A stretch of 64,000 nucleotides of DNA from Ascidiella aspersa (taxonomy: Eukaryota): positions 29,574,001 to 29,638,000 of the forward strand of contig OZ004610.1 of NCBI GenBank assembly GCA_963924565.1, written 5' to 3'. The number at the start of each line of letters is the position of its first letter. Positions within the stretch are counted from its first letter, which is position 1. Made by a program: the position numbers and the translations under genes. The notes beneath the pieces are model-generated. The model had not been told where the DNA came from. It did no database searches and worked only from the letters and a program-made list of their open reading frames with translations. This document shows, piece after piece, positions 26,101 through 38,965 of this stretch.

Positions 26101-28439
26101 TCACATGGCGAACTCAAGCAGAGTTTTCCTCTATTTTTAGCTATTTTAACTACATTTACATAACACAAAAACAAAGAAAATATATAAAAGCGGCCTTGCC
26201 AAAGGGTCGTGAACATTTTTTTATAAAGAATATCTCCTGACGCTTGCAAGTGTCCACAGTTGCCTATTATGCACTTTTCCTTTAAGCGCTTTGAAACCTT
26301 GCTTCTTGTACGTAGGATCACATGGCCGTTTGTTTCGACAGCTCATAATAACTTGCGGCTAGCGCTGCTGTTAATACACAGCAAACTGGTATTTACCAAT
26401 TTGGGGATGTTCAATGAAAGCTTAGGGTAATTCGATGCTCAAGACTACTTGCATGACGTTTTGTTCATTGCGTTTTAAGTTTTTCAGCGATCAAAACACA
26501 GTTAAATTTGTCAAGTGTCCAGCTTTTATAAAGGGTTGTTCAGACCGAAGTTGTATCACATAAGACTTCGTCTGCAATAAAACCTGAAATTATTACTTGA
26601 ACAAGTATACAGGCATATTCTACAGTTAATACGACAAAAGCGTCTGTAAAATGCTTTGACTTACTAAGAAATGGTAACTCTAACCTAGATTAAAAGAAAA
26701 ATTGTTGTGAGGCCTTTTGCCCGTATTGGAAAATGTATTCCAAATTTTTCTTAGTCAAGATGGTATCGCTAATTAATATTAAGGTAAAAAGTGTCTGTTA
26801 AGTGTACTGACACACAATTTTTACTAATGTCCAAAATGCATTACAATTTTTTCTTAATTAGATTGGTAACTCTAATTAGTAAATATTGTCTATAAGGTGC
26901 CTTGGCACGTGGGCTGGTTTGAAATTGTATTCCAAAATTTTGCCTAGTTAGAAGAAATTTTAACGTTCATCCAAATTAAGCTAAAAGGTGTCTAAAGTTC
27001 CTTGGACGTAGTTTTTGCTAGTATTGGAATTGCTTCCAAAAATTTTGCCTTGCCAGAAATTGTAACGCTAATTTAAATTAAGTTAAAAGGTGTCTGTAAA
27101 GTGCCTTGAAACACAGTTTGTTTACTGATATTGAAAAATGCATTACAAATTTTCTTAGTTAGATTGCTTACTCTAATCTCGATCGTAGTAAATGTTGTCT
27201 ATAAGATGGGTTGACACGCAGTTTTTACTAGTATTGGAATAACATCCCCAAATTTTGCCTCGTCTAAAATGGTAACGCTAATCTACATTAAAAGTAAGAA
27301 GTGTCTGTTAAGTGCTTGAAACTACTAGTTTTGTTGCTGTCGAAAAAGCACCTAAAATTTTGGTTACTCAAAAATGGTAATTTTTTTTGGTTACCGGTAC
27401 TCAAAAAATCTATTCTAGATTAAAAGTAAAATGTCTCTATAAACTGCTTTGGCACACAGTCTTTCACCCTGTCGAAGAATCAACTCAAGCTTTACATACT
27501 TAAAAATGTTGACTCTAATCAGAAGTATTCCTTTTATTTTGTTCCAGTTGCAGAAGCAGCCCGGGTGGGGAGAGTGAAGTAAGCTCGTATCGCGACGCTG
27601 AAGAGGTTTTCCTTGTATCTGGAGGTAAGGACTTGCTGTTCAGTTTGTACAACTTCCTCACTTCGCACTAATTTTATATTACGGTCATATTGTCTCTTTC
27701 GTACCTTGCCTTAGAGTGCCAGTTGACCTTTCTGACGTTGTGCTTGATTACTTGGCAAATAGAATTTATTTAGTTTGGTTTAGGAATGTGCCTGACTCAC
27801 AATGTTTGCTTCGTCAAGTTAATCGTTAGTTATTTAATGAGAGCGCCGAAAAATGTACTTGCTAACGTTTTTTTAAAATAATACATTTTAAAACTTACTC
27901 ATTAATATTTTTAGGAGTGCTTTGCCTTGCTATATGCAGATATTGTTAAACCAGGGTTGACACAAAGTCTTTGAATCTATAAAAGTCTTTGAAATTATTT
28001 ACGTATGGAAAAGTCTTAAAAAACCCTATATTGCCTTCCAAGTGTCTTTGAATTTATTTTATGTACAGCGTAAGTTATGTGTTTAAGCAGTGATGTTAAA
28101 ATAACATGTAAAAACACTTGTGTTTACCATGATATTTATTCCGTTTTGGTTTTGCATCAAATAAAAAAAACTTTAAACACTTCAATTTAAGGTCTTTAAA
28201 AACCTACCAATTTTTGTTTGAAAGTTTTTAAATGTCTTTTAATTTTTTTTCGTAAAGTTGTGTGGCAACCCTGTAAACTCAAGTTTAAGATAACCATAAC
28301 ATCTATCTTATATACATTTTTGGTATGTCTTGCGTTCTAAACCTCAAACCGACCTCTGATAAATCGAACCCTTTTTTCAGCATTCCAAGCTTCTAAAGAT
28401 GAAGTTGTCGACGCTAATGACGAGCAGCCCTTGGTCTAA
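17139..28439 (+). CDS. RNF13: PA-TM-RING-H2 E3 ubiquitin ligase, RNF13/RNF167 family (14 coding exons, 450 aa)
   Basis: Manually spliced, all introns GT-AG with consistent phases: 17139-17216, 18280-18357, 18505-18639, 19085-19172, 19418-19508, 20145-20259, 21625-21718, 22817-22897, 23492-23605, 24141-24300, 24820-24947, 25287-25341, 27548-27624, 28381-28439 (1353 nt). Signal peptide [22 protein letters not shown]; PA domain (AEFG...AEPLDGC...[19 protein letters not shown]...IPSVFVG); [25 protein letters not shown]; basic [17 protein letters not shown]; RING-H2 [46 protein letters not shown]. May be co-orthologous to RNF13 and RNF167. Tail exons are less certain than the core. Confidence 0.95.
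17348..17550. mobile_element. Foldback MITE with GGTTAG-rich core
   Basis: Termini GGCGCTGGTCTAGAATC / GATTCTAGACTAGCGCC, long internal inverted arms, flanked by a near-perfect 8-bp duplication GTCATGTG / GTCATATG. Confidence 0.8.
17581..17739. mobile_element. Palindromic MITE, relative of 38779-38965
   Basis: Inverted ends TGATAAGGAATCTTAAAGCCAAAGG / CCTTTTTGGCTTTAAAATTCATTATCA. The internal GTCGAGTA...ATCTTGAT.AAGACGTTTC is shared with 38779-38965. Confidence 0.7.
17747..18030. mobile_element. Foldback MITE with GGTTAG-rich core
   Basis: Near-complete palindrome, termini ACAGATCTGGGCGCTCTTTCA / TGAAAGAGCACCCAGATCTGT. The core is shared with 17348-17550. Confidence 0.85.
21948..22522. mobile_element. 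hAT-like MITE remnant in RNF13 intron
   Basis: Ends CAGTGGTTCTCAAC / GTTAAGGACCTCTG are imperfect inverted repeats of the hAT type. Confidence 0.5.
26640..27515. repeat. Degenerate ~100-bp tandem array (~8 units) in RNF13 intron
   Basis: Recurring TGTCT(G/A)TAA...TTG.CAC...TTTT.CT.GTATTGGAA...AAATTTT...TGGTAAC(T/G)CTAAT, with anchors at ~26792, 26888, 26989, 27091, 27196, 27302 and 27432. Confidence 0.8.
27952..28273. mobile_element. hAT-like MITE with AAAGTCTTT subrepeats
   Basis: TIRs CAGGGTTGACACA / TGTGGCAACCCTG. A second copy at ~25550-25921 ends TGTGTGAAAACCCTG and has the same GTCTTT subrepeats. Confidence 0.75.
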
Positions 28440-31400
28440 CTGTCCACAGTCGTCGTGTTAATTATACATGATAAGTGAACCTTTTGTTTCTCTATATTCC
28501 ACTTTTTGTACGATGTATAACACCCGAGCCGCTTTTATTTTCCAGTTGGGTTGAATGTTTTGTCGCGGCGACGCATTTTTGTTGAAAGTGGCCGCTGTTG
28601 TTTAGGTGCAGCAAGAAAATGATTAATTAGTTATAATATTGCAACGCCTGCGTTTGAAATGTCGTTTGATATGAAGACGATGTAAAAAGTAGCAACAACA
28701 GATGTACATAAAACCGCATTTGTTTTCAACTAAGGGAATTTTTATCATTTTTCCTAGGGTTGTAAGTGCGTTACGTTAAACTGTAGTGACATTTTCACAC
28801 CATGTGTTGTATAAAATTAAAAAACAATCACTTTTCGTACATAACTGTTCACTATTATTGTTGTTTCGAAACGGGATTTTTCCACAAACCATCCTCAAAC
28901 AATAATTAACCTATTTTGGTTGCAATCTTTTTAAGGGCGAATACTTTTTATATCCCACAAGTTTTGAGAAATATAGCGATTGGACATAAATGTGTTTTTT
29001 GTGCGACTTCAATCGACAACTCTACAGTCCGATAAAGAAATTCACTTGTACATAAACTTCTAAGCGCAATCAGTGTTATTGTTTCTTTCCCGTCGTTTTG
29101 TTTGGTTGGTTGGTTGGTTGTGTTTTATACGAATGACTGGGTATGACAAAAGTTGAAAACGCTGCAGCCAAGAAATGTTTTTCCGGATTACTTACCAAGA
29201 AACGTTTTTGCCGGATAACTGCATTGGTTTTTTATGGTATGCTTCAGTTAATTTTGAATCATTCTGTTGCTGTCTATTTACAGTTGTAATTTTATACGCG
29301 TTTCATTTTATGCCGTTACGTTGAAATCCCTGACTGCTTATACCAACGGTTTAGAGTTAAATTCACACTCAGTAACAGTTCTTATACAGGGCTTATTGTA
29401 TATACCGCTCGTATACTGAATATATTGTCTATAATATGACTTGAATATAGCCCAAAGGTATGATTAACCCTTATCACTACCATCGGTATTTTAAACTCTA
29501 CATTATAATATCTTCTTCATTTTATTTCCTTGTGCAAAGGCGTGGGCTACATTTATATCACATTTTCTTTAAAATTGTTGTTTTATTGAGTGAGTTTTTT
29601 AGCCGGCCGAGTCACTTCTTTTCTGGTGACATAGTTCCGTTCGAATTTGTTAGTGCCATTATTTGATTTTTTATTTTGGGCGAGTGGGATTGCAACAATC
29701 CCGCTCAAGTTTTTGTATGTAAGTAAATCTTTGATAAAAAATGGCAAATGAAAAGTGGGGCAACGCGAAAATTAAGCTTGAGTTATAACTGCTCAAATGG
29801 ATGCGAAAACACTACGTAAAGTGCGTCAAGTTGCCCGATTTATTTGCGCTTTTAAACGTTGCGCTATACTGTAAAACTTTCAGCCTGTACGCGGCCTATA
29901 TTATCCGTTGTCTAGACAAGCAAAACGTATTATTTAACCTAATACTAACCTTTTCGGCTGCTGTTTGCATTTTAGCGCATCCTTATATTTATACGTTCCA
30001 GCTATAACACATCTACTACTAATACTATTCAGCTTTCGGCCGATAAGTTTGATTTGCCATCGTTTGCGCCTATATGTGTAAGCGCGCGCTGATAATTGTC
30101 GCGTTATCTGTCTTTGCCTTTGCGAAAATGTGTGATTAAACCTCACCCGCTCATTAATTATTATTCGACTAAATTTATTTTAGCTGTTTAGGACTAAGGT
30201 AGTATAATATTTCACATTATCCTATTGAAGAATCGGGCCGAAAATCACTTAAAACAGATTGATGAGTAGATGGAACAGTTTTATCACTTATGTTTGCAGT
30301 ATTTTAAAAAGATTTAATTTGAAAATATTAGCCGTGAGCCAGGACGTCAGATACTCTTTTTATTTCGATACCTTTACCCAATATTTTGGAAAAACGTATC
30401 CGATCCAACACGAGAAATAACGCCATTACTATGCTTAAACGAGAAAAAATAGATGAAATTTAAAGTTTAAAGTTTTTTTTTTGATTTATTTAATACGCCA
30501 AAATTTCCCTTAACGTTAAGAAGTTTAGTTACCCTTAGTTCAACATTTCGATAAATTCACATTTCAAGTTATAAATCACTGCGTCGAATCGTAAATTATA
30601 GATGAAATTCCTATATTAATTGGCTATCGGATCGGCATTGATACCAGCCTAGTATCGGTAGTAGCGATATTTGGCATAGGTATCGGCTCCGATCCAGCAT
30701 TATCAGACATTCCTAGCTATAAGTTTAATAAGATTTAAAGAAAAAAATGCTAAATCTCACTTTTTTCACTTTAGAATCACACGAGGCTTAAATCTGCAGA
30801 AAAGTTCAAGAAATGAAGTCTGTTGAGGTTTAGCTTAAAAATACTCTGCAGAACTGAGCAGAATTTTAGCAAGGTAAGACGCTGTTAAGCCACGTGTGTG
30901 TTGATAATCACAATGCACTTAATCATTTAGAAACAGATTTGTGTTTTGCATGTTAAGTTTGTAACACACTGCTGAAAAGATGTTTGTAAGAGTTATTTTC
31001 TGTTTTATAACCCAATAGGTTGGATGTTTCAGGCTATTTTTTTAGTTATAGCTATAGGCCATTAAAGTCGTATTTTTCTGGAGTCACAGAAAGTAGTAAA
31101 ACTGATAATAGTGAAAGTAATGGGTTAACACGAGCTTTATTTAAAAAGTTATAAAGTCACACAAAGTCATTCTGTTGTATGTCTTAAAATATGACTTTTT
31201 GTTTTTACTTTCAAAATCGAAAATGTTTATTTCTAAGTTTGTAGATGTGTACAAGCAGCTTTTGTCAACATTGAAATTAGATAATTTGTGATATGTGAGG
31301 CAGTGAGAGTTTTCATATTTAGTTTCACCAAGCATTGGAAGCAACATGTTCATTGTTTTCCGTTGCCTGGTAGCGCGTCATGCCAATTTGCATTGTCGTA

Positions 31401-33371
31401 TAATCTTAACACATTGCAACACACTATGCGGCTCTGAACAGTACAAACTAGTGTATTAGGTCAGTCAATATTAGGAAGTCAGATCAGAGTTACCCTGTCT
31501 ATGGTCAGTCAGTACTGAGATCTTAATAGCTAAGTGTACGTTTGAGTTTAGAGCTTACTATTATGTTTAAAAAATATGTTCTTCTTCAACATTCTGTGCA
31601 AAATGATTAAAATGCCACCCTACTTCAGTATCTGTGGATCGTTTATTTTTGTTTTAAAATCAATGTTTTGTCAAAACAGATAATTTACAGGACATTTTGT
31701 ATTTTTACGTCATACAAAAAAAATACTGAATTATACCAACGACTTTCATTACGTTTCGTACAAACTCTGTCCATAGTATAAGTTTACTACGTCGTTATGA
31801 ATGTTGTAAAGTGGGCAGCATAAAGGCAAATGCCTGGAACTGTCTCAATTTTGTTATAATTTCAACTGTTCAAATAAGTAAAATCGAACACACCTATAAA
31901 AGCACTAAGCTGTGTTTTTGAGCCTGAGTTGGTCTTAAATGCTTTTTCTTAACCGCTAGGTGTACCATTGAGTCGAAAAGTATAAGTAATGAGCATCGTG
32001 GAAATGTTTGCTTTGTCATTGAACATGCGATTTTTAAATTACTGTACAAGTAACGCGCGGACGGGGACTCTGGTTTATTAAGCCCATTTGTGTGTTAAAA
32101 GTGCGACTGTTTTGTCAAGCTTGTTCGTTAAACACTGTAGCAGGCGGAAAACAAGGCTTGGCTCGTGATGGGAAAGCTAAAATATTCTCAAACCAGCGTT
32201 TAACCGGCTTAGAGGCAATGGCTTATGCTACAGGACTGCGTTGAACAAGTATCTTGCAAAACACAAGTAACATGCCAAACGCCTGAAAAATGTTTTAAAT
32301 CATTAAAGCTAGTTTTTCAGAAATTTAACAAACGGTATTATTACAGGCAAAACTCATCACCGATATTCTTTGTTGAGTTAAAGACCATGAACTGGGATAA
32401 GTTTTCTAATGTACGAATCATTTGTCAGTGTTTTCGGTAAAATCGGTGGCGGGCACTGTAATTCAACAAAGAGGAATCACTGTCCACTGGAGCCCGTTGG
32501 AGTTTGGAAGACGCTGGGAAGATCTAGAAGGCCCAGTGACCTTACGACGCGATAAACTGAATTCAAACTCGCTAAGAGTCCAGAACAAGAAAAGATTTAT
32601 TTTGAAATTTTTCACTTACATAAATTGGAAGCCTATGTACAGCTTCCGATTTATAACTGTACGCCGGCTCCCAAGCTACACACAGCCCTGTATACATTTG
32701 CCGTGTGAAAACAGAACAAGCAACGTAGACCTATAAGGTCTATCAACATATCTCTAAACGTGTCCGCTTCCTTTTAGTAAATAGAGATCTTGCGGTAAAA
32801 TCAGTAAATACGACAAGTTTGGCTGGACGCTTTGAATCAAAACGACCAGGACAGATGAAATTTGAACAACATATATCTGAAAATAGGGGCAAAACTATGC
32901 TCTTTTGTCTTACGGGAACTGGTAATTTTTGCCAAGTTTTATTTAATGTTGTATCTGTTTTTTCTTTGAAAGGCCTAGTTTTGTCGTAGGTTTAAAACCC
33001 TCAACCCGAAAGAGCGGTCAAAAAGTAAATTAATCATCCCCGTTTTAAAAATGCAAACCCGGACTTGAGTTTTACTTCTGTCCGATTACGAGCCGCAATG
33101 CGTTAATGGTCTATTTTTATCTAGCCGTGAATCAGTTTGTTTCGCCTAAACAATCGCCATCGGTGCAGTCGTTACGTCTGGGTGGCCCCGCGTCTGCAGT
33201 TTGTTGTGCCCATAAACAGTTTAGTCAGCCCAGCCGCCGTAAATGCGTTTAATCGGCTCAGCCAAACGACGAAAATAACGACTTACCCTTCCTTAAGCCT
33301 CCATCACCAATCCTGGATTCTTTAAGTACCGCCTGTCCCTTGTACTTGCGAATGTTAGTTAGGTTTTACAT

Positions 33372-33830
33372 CGGCGAGCTACTGTGTAATCACTATGTTG
33401 GACGCGGATACCCGAGGTCGAAAGTTCGAACCCCACCCCTGGAACACCGTTTAAACTCCGGCGAGCTACTGTGTTATCACTATGTTGGACGCGGATACCC
33501 GAGTTCGGAAGTTCGAACCCCACCCATGGATCACTGTTCAAACTTTTGCAACTGCCCGGTGCCCTGAGAGTTTAACAAGCACGATTCTTGTACAGTTCGG
33601 AAAAGATTTAAAACAGTCGATTCGCCCACTCCTAGCGCGTATACAGATGGTGACGTGGGTAACTGGGCCACGGTCATGTAAGCCGCGAAATCCTGCCGTA
33701 AGCTGCGAGCTGTTTATGGGCGCTTGCCACCGCTTCTTGTTTTCTGCCTTAAAAGTGCGATGACGATACGCCCGGCTCACGTCTAAATCGCCTTTCGCTT
33801 AAGTTGTTATACAACGTACTTTGTACTTTT
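33372..33830 (+). mobile_element. tRNA-derived SINE-like element with tandemly duplicated head
   Basis: Two 87-bp copies (33372, 33459), each carrying a B-box-like GTTCGAACC. They are followed by a ~290-bp body ending in a short tandem tail GTACTTTGTACTTTT. Confidence 0.55.
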
Positions 33831-33883
33831 GGCACGAATGATTGGCAACGGGTAAATGGTGCCTTGCACACGATACGCGTATA

Positions 33884-34218
33884 TCGAAGTCTTAAACTGG
33901 GGTCCATGGACCCCTTGGGGGTCCGTGAACTAGTTTTAGGGGGTCCATGAAGGCCTAATTAAAGAAAAAGTGTATACTAAAGAAGTAATTATTTTTCAAA
34001 GAAAACACTTTAATTAAAAATTGAACAGTTTTGCACTGAAAGTTAGACTCCATTTAACTTTCACATTTTTCGGACCGAAATAAACAGAGTTCTGAAGTCT
34101 ATTTGTATTGTGACGTCATATTATGACATAATTTTGGAGCATGTCTTGCCTACCGGGGTCCATGCAAAGCAAAACAAAATTTTAGGGGTCCGCGGTAAAA
34201 AAAATTCAAGAACCCCTG
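33884..34218. mobile_element. hAT-like MITE with GGGGTCC subterminal repeats
   Basis: GGGGTCC motifs cluster at both ends. The right end is TTCAAGAACCCCTG; the left end is decayed. Confidence 0.7.
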
Positions 34219-37200
34219 GACTAGATCAAGGGATCACTGAGGGTCACGAAGTGGAATATTTATGTTTCACGTAAAAGGATATATAATCGAGTATTCAGTC
34301 CTAAATGAATGTTTTCTTTTTGTTATACAAGACTGCTGTTGATAAATACTCTGGAAAAATACCACGACAAAATAAACTTAAAACCAAGTATACTTGGTTG
34401 CTTTGTTTAACCTTGTTTGGTTCTTAACATTCGTGCAAATCTCTATTTTCGCACATGAATATTCTATCAAGCAAACGAATTTTTTTTGAAAAAAAAACAG
34501 AAACAAAAATAGTCTTGCAGAGAAGGTGTAGAGGCACGTTTCTCATTAACATTTACATGTAATTAAATGCATGACTCACGTTTGTCTTCGTAAGGTGTAA
34601 AACCTTTTTGTTACCCCATAAAATAAATAAGATCCACTATCCCTGGCCCGAATCGTGGCTTGTATAAGAAAAACCATGTTACTTTTGAGGCGGTCGTGTA
34701 AACTGTCCTGAAAACACTCGTCGGTCCGCCCTTGTATCACAACAACGGCGTTGTATGCATGTTTTGACGGCCGGTCAATCTCGTGCACGATTTCACGCAT
34801 TGACCACAATGACGTGACCCGCAGAATTTAAAAATGCCGAATGCTTCTGTTTTGGGAGTCGAGCGTCCTGATTTTGCGCCACGTTTTTTATTTGCCAATT
34901 AACGTATAGATGTTCGCATAGACCAATAACCCAGATACCATTGCATTTTGGCGCTTTTTTGTAATATAGGTAAAGCTGCAACATTTTCCAGGTGTAACTG
35001 TTACTTTTTTACAGGCGCATAATTTTTAGTAGCTTTTAGAACTCCTAATCTAACTTATTTTTATGAAGTAGAACATGCTGAGTTTCTACTAAAACCAATA
35101 TGTGACACATCCCTTTTAACGTTATTATATTATATATCATTCGTCTTGAAACGTTTTTTTTTGCGTTACAGCTTTAATCTAGGATTTTTGGTGTGAATTG
35201 GTGGTTCAGTCTGCCTACTCAGTGATAGAGTTTTGGTGTTGTTCATATACGACTTTTTTAATATTTTAAGGTAATTAACCAATTCGACGTTGTCCGTTTA
35301 TTTATTAGATTACTAATTTACAATCCACGCCCATTTCTAGAAACACTCTTTTTCTTCTGGAAGAAAAATATTTTTCAAGCACGATCAACCCACAAATAAG
35401 TAAATGTTTGTAAACAGACAATCGCGCTTGCCCTTTGCAGGCTAATAATCGTAACGCGGCTTAACAATGTTTGACCTTTACTGAAGCCCACAGCAGTAAT
35501 GCTCACGATAGTGTCTGTTTACCACTTCGGCACTTTTAATTTCGCGGAATTGTTGTTTCTGCCGAGCGTTCTACCATCGGTGCGCTTTCACTTACGGGGA
35601 ATCCCACGTATCACGTGACCGGTAAAGTGCTAATAGATCCGACAGGGTTTGGGGGTTAAGTCGTCCTTTGAGGAAATCCGTTCACAGTCTGTAACTGTTT
35701 GCCGGGCAAAAGATAAAAACCCTATTTTCGCCTGAATCTTGTTCGCGAGAATTGCTTCCCGGACGTTCGCATTTCGCAAATGCGATTGGATTTGCGTAAC
35801 TCCTGTCAAAAAAATTCGAGGAACTGTTTGCGATTCACGTACAGACCTTAAGGAGCTCAGTGTTCCTTCTCTCCATGGTTCACTTTTTTTCGGTTTCTTT
35901 TATTCACCGATTGACGCGCGTAAAAATGTAATCCACGCTTTAGGAAGTTTTTCGTACTGGCGGGCTTCGTCTTGTTGTCTCGTTCTAAGTTTTTTGGCGT
36001 TTGTAATGTTGCATCAAACATGTTTTAAATATTTTATGTTATTTAGTTTTATTCGGTTCATTTTTATTGGCTTCCAGGAAATTGCTTAAGACCTACAAAA
36101 TATTCTTTAGACTTTTTTGTATGGGTTAATATTAGTCATTTATAAGTTATTTTTTCTAAGGGCTTGGGCAGTAGAACGGGTTAGTTTTCTATGTAGGTAT
36201 AACTTTTAGCCAACATGCTTTTCCTTTTTAAATGACTAGAACTTATAAATGACTGACTGACCAAGACAGGAAAGTCTAAAGAATATTTGCTCCCATTTGA
36301 AGTCATTGTCGTCATTTACGTGTTAAGGGCGAGCGAGGAGATATATTATTATCTAATACAGGTCGCGATTTTCACAACCCGTTTTGAAGTATAGGTTTAA
36401 GCCGCTAATGATTTTTCGCGCGGTTTTCTAAACCAATTGCGAAGCATAAACTCGCCCGGCCTTAATCGACGACTAAACAAAATGCGCACTCCTACTACAT
36501 TGGCCATGTAAAAACTCGGCCAAAGCGGATCTGGAAACGACTCCATATCGTAACCGAGTAAACCTCTCGGCGCACTTTTCCGCCCTAATCGTTCCTTGTC
36601 AATCGCTTAAGCCTGATTACCGAAAGCGGTTTGTGGAAAAATCTATATTTGACGCGTGTATTCCCGCGAATCTAAAGCGCCGGATATCCCGTGACCCACG
36701 CTCTTGACCCTTGACCCGCGGGCCAGGGAAGCTGGTTAACCGCTGACTACTTAGTGTCGGGATTAAAGCGGAGATGCGACTTATACTTGTCTGTTAAGTA
36801 TACCGACCACCATCAAGACAAGGCGATATAGAGATGGTTGGTGTATGCCATGGCTCTTTAAACTGGTTTCGTGGAACATCTATCAGGCGTTTTTAGTGCA
36901 TTATCTAACAAGCTGTTTTGTTTTACAATTTTCGTTAGCTTTATCAGGGTGTTTCAATATTGTCAGTACCTGGGGTCACTTTTATATTTGAGTACTTTAT
37001 GTGGGCACACAAACTATTGCTTATGAACTACAGCGGTAATTTAAGTTTATTATTCGATTTTATCTTTTTAAGTTTATTATTTCGCTATCTTCCATCTTTA
37101 TTAAAATTCTTATTTTTTTTTGGTTATGCATACGTAACCTATAAGCAAAATCCACTAAAAGAAAACGTGCGTCAAAAATAGGCTTCATTCAATGAAACAA

Positions 37201-38778
37201 GTGCCGCAGTTCACATGTGGCTCACGACCTCATTTTGGAACATCCTAAACTATACAATTAACTGTTCTTATACTACCGACTAAAAGAGTACCCATATTAC
37301 ACCCCAAATAAGCATCAGGCACTCTTCCTTTGTTTGAACAGCTCGGAAATAGGTTTTATACCATGGGCGAATTTCCTTTCGCAAATCCTGGCAGCAATCC
37401 CACGGCATGTATCGTTCACCACAAATCCGTCTTCTAAAACCATCTTATTTCCACGTGATTGACGTCATAATCTGTCCTCGTGCTGGGTAACAATGGAAGC
37501 TTGTTAAAAATCTGGTTCTGTGCGGTTCCCCGAAGAATGAGAAACGGTGCAAACACTTTTATGTGAACCCCTTGATGAGGTTTTTTAGGACTTGATCGTG
37601 ACGTTTCTTGCGTATAAACCCAAACCTCACAATCGCGGTGATTTTTAACCCGCGCAGTAAACGATAGTGTTTTATGACTCAAAGTGAAATTGTGAAATGT
37701 TTGGTTTTCGAACTTGCCAATAAGCGAAATATCCCCTCTTGTTCAAAGCGGTTTTATTGCATGCACGTTTATATTACGTCTGGATTTGTATTTCGCTTTC
37801 CGTTGTTTTACGAGCGCCGCTATGCTGCGTTTTGAAGCAGATAGGAAAAGGGGCTTTGTTTACGAATGCGTTTTTATTTACGGCAAATCTGTCGACGTAT
37901 CGCGAATTTTACTATATTTAGGTTACATTTTAAATTTCCGTTTTAGGCTCCCGAAAAACGGATATTTCACTTTCGAAACGGATAACGCAACTGGGAAACA
38001 GCCTTAAAATAGTTGTTACTTTTATTGTTCCGTCGTAAGGCGCGTGTCAACAATGTTTTTAAGGCCCGCCTCGAGTCGAAATGGTCGAGCAATAAACGCC
38101 GTATGGATCGTTAAAAACCTGCGATCTACGGTAAGCCAATATTTGCCTAGACCTGGCAGCGATTCTTTAACCAGCACATTCATTGACATTATGGCTCGTA
38201 TTTACCAGACACAACCTTCTGCCACTGTACTGGTAAACAAAAACGGCGAACACATCTCGTATACGAAAGGTTGGGTGAGTTTATCGGGAGGTCCGCGCCA
38301 GACACAAAACAACGTGCTTTTGTATGTTCTTTCTTTTTCTCAATATGTACTAATTTGTTTTTTCATATCTGATCAAATCCCCTTCCTGTGTACCGAATTG
38401 CAGTCAATTTTGGTGAACTTGTAACTTGTAACAGTACAACAACCGTTCTGCTACAACATAGATTAGTTTTTGTTAATGTTTAAGTTGAAATATTCCAACG
38501 ACAAGTGTTAAGCATCTTTAAGCGCAAAACGCTTTAAAGTCATCACTATACTCTGTGAACTTGCGGCATAGTTGGAGCTTGTCAATATGCAAACCGCTCG
38601 TAAATCGTGACGGTTTAAAGGTCCTAAATAGCTTTTTTATGGCTTTAGGAGTGTTGAGGAAATAAACCTCCTATTGTTCAACCAAGTTACCTTGCCCACT
38701 GGATTACATTCGTCAACAACTGCACGTGATTCCGAAAATGTAAGAGCTTGATTACACAATGCATGGATCTGTAATGTA

Positions 38779-38965
38779 GCTTAATAATGAATTGCAAAGC
38801 CAAAAAGTCGAGTAGATCGACATAATCTTGATTAAGACGTTTCGATAGGAGCTTGAATCATCCTCAATTAATGTGCTGAAGATGATACAAGCTCTTATCG
38901 TAACGTCTTAATCAAGATGATGTCCATGTACTTGATGTTTTTTGCTTTGTTATTCATTATTAAGA
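38779..38965. mobile_element. Palindromic MITE
   Basis: CTTAATAATGAAT...ATTCATTATTAAG ends, with inner arms ATCTTGATTAAGACGTT / AACGTCTTAATCAAGAT. Confidence 0.8.

Noticed and set aside
30775-30873. Extra + strand coding exon downstream of RNF13 (good AG/GT boundaries)
   Set aside because: Stops in all three frames, and it lies beyond the RNF13 stop; at most a non-coding exon.
33372-33545. tRNA genes
   Set aside because: A B-box-like motif is present, but there is no cloverleaf acceptor stem or convincing A-box/D-arm; better explained as SINE heads.
38639-38660. miRNA seed-like matches (TATGGCTTT here, TAATACTG at ~51664)
   Set aside because: Similarity is limited to the seed and there is no precursor hairpin.
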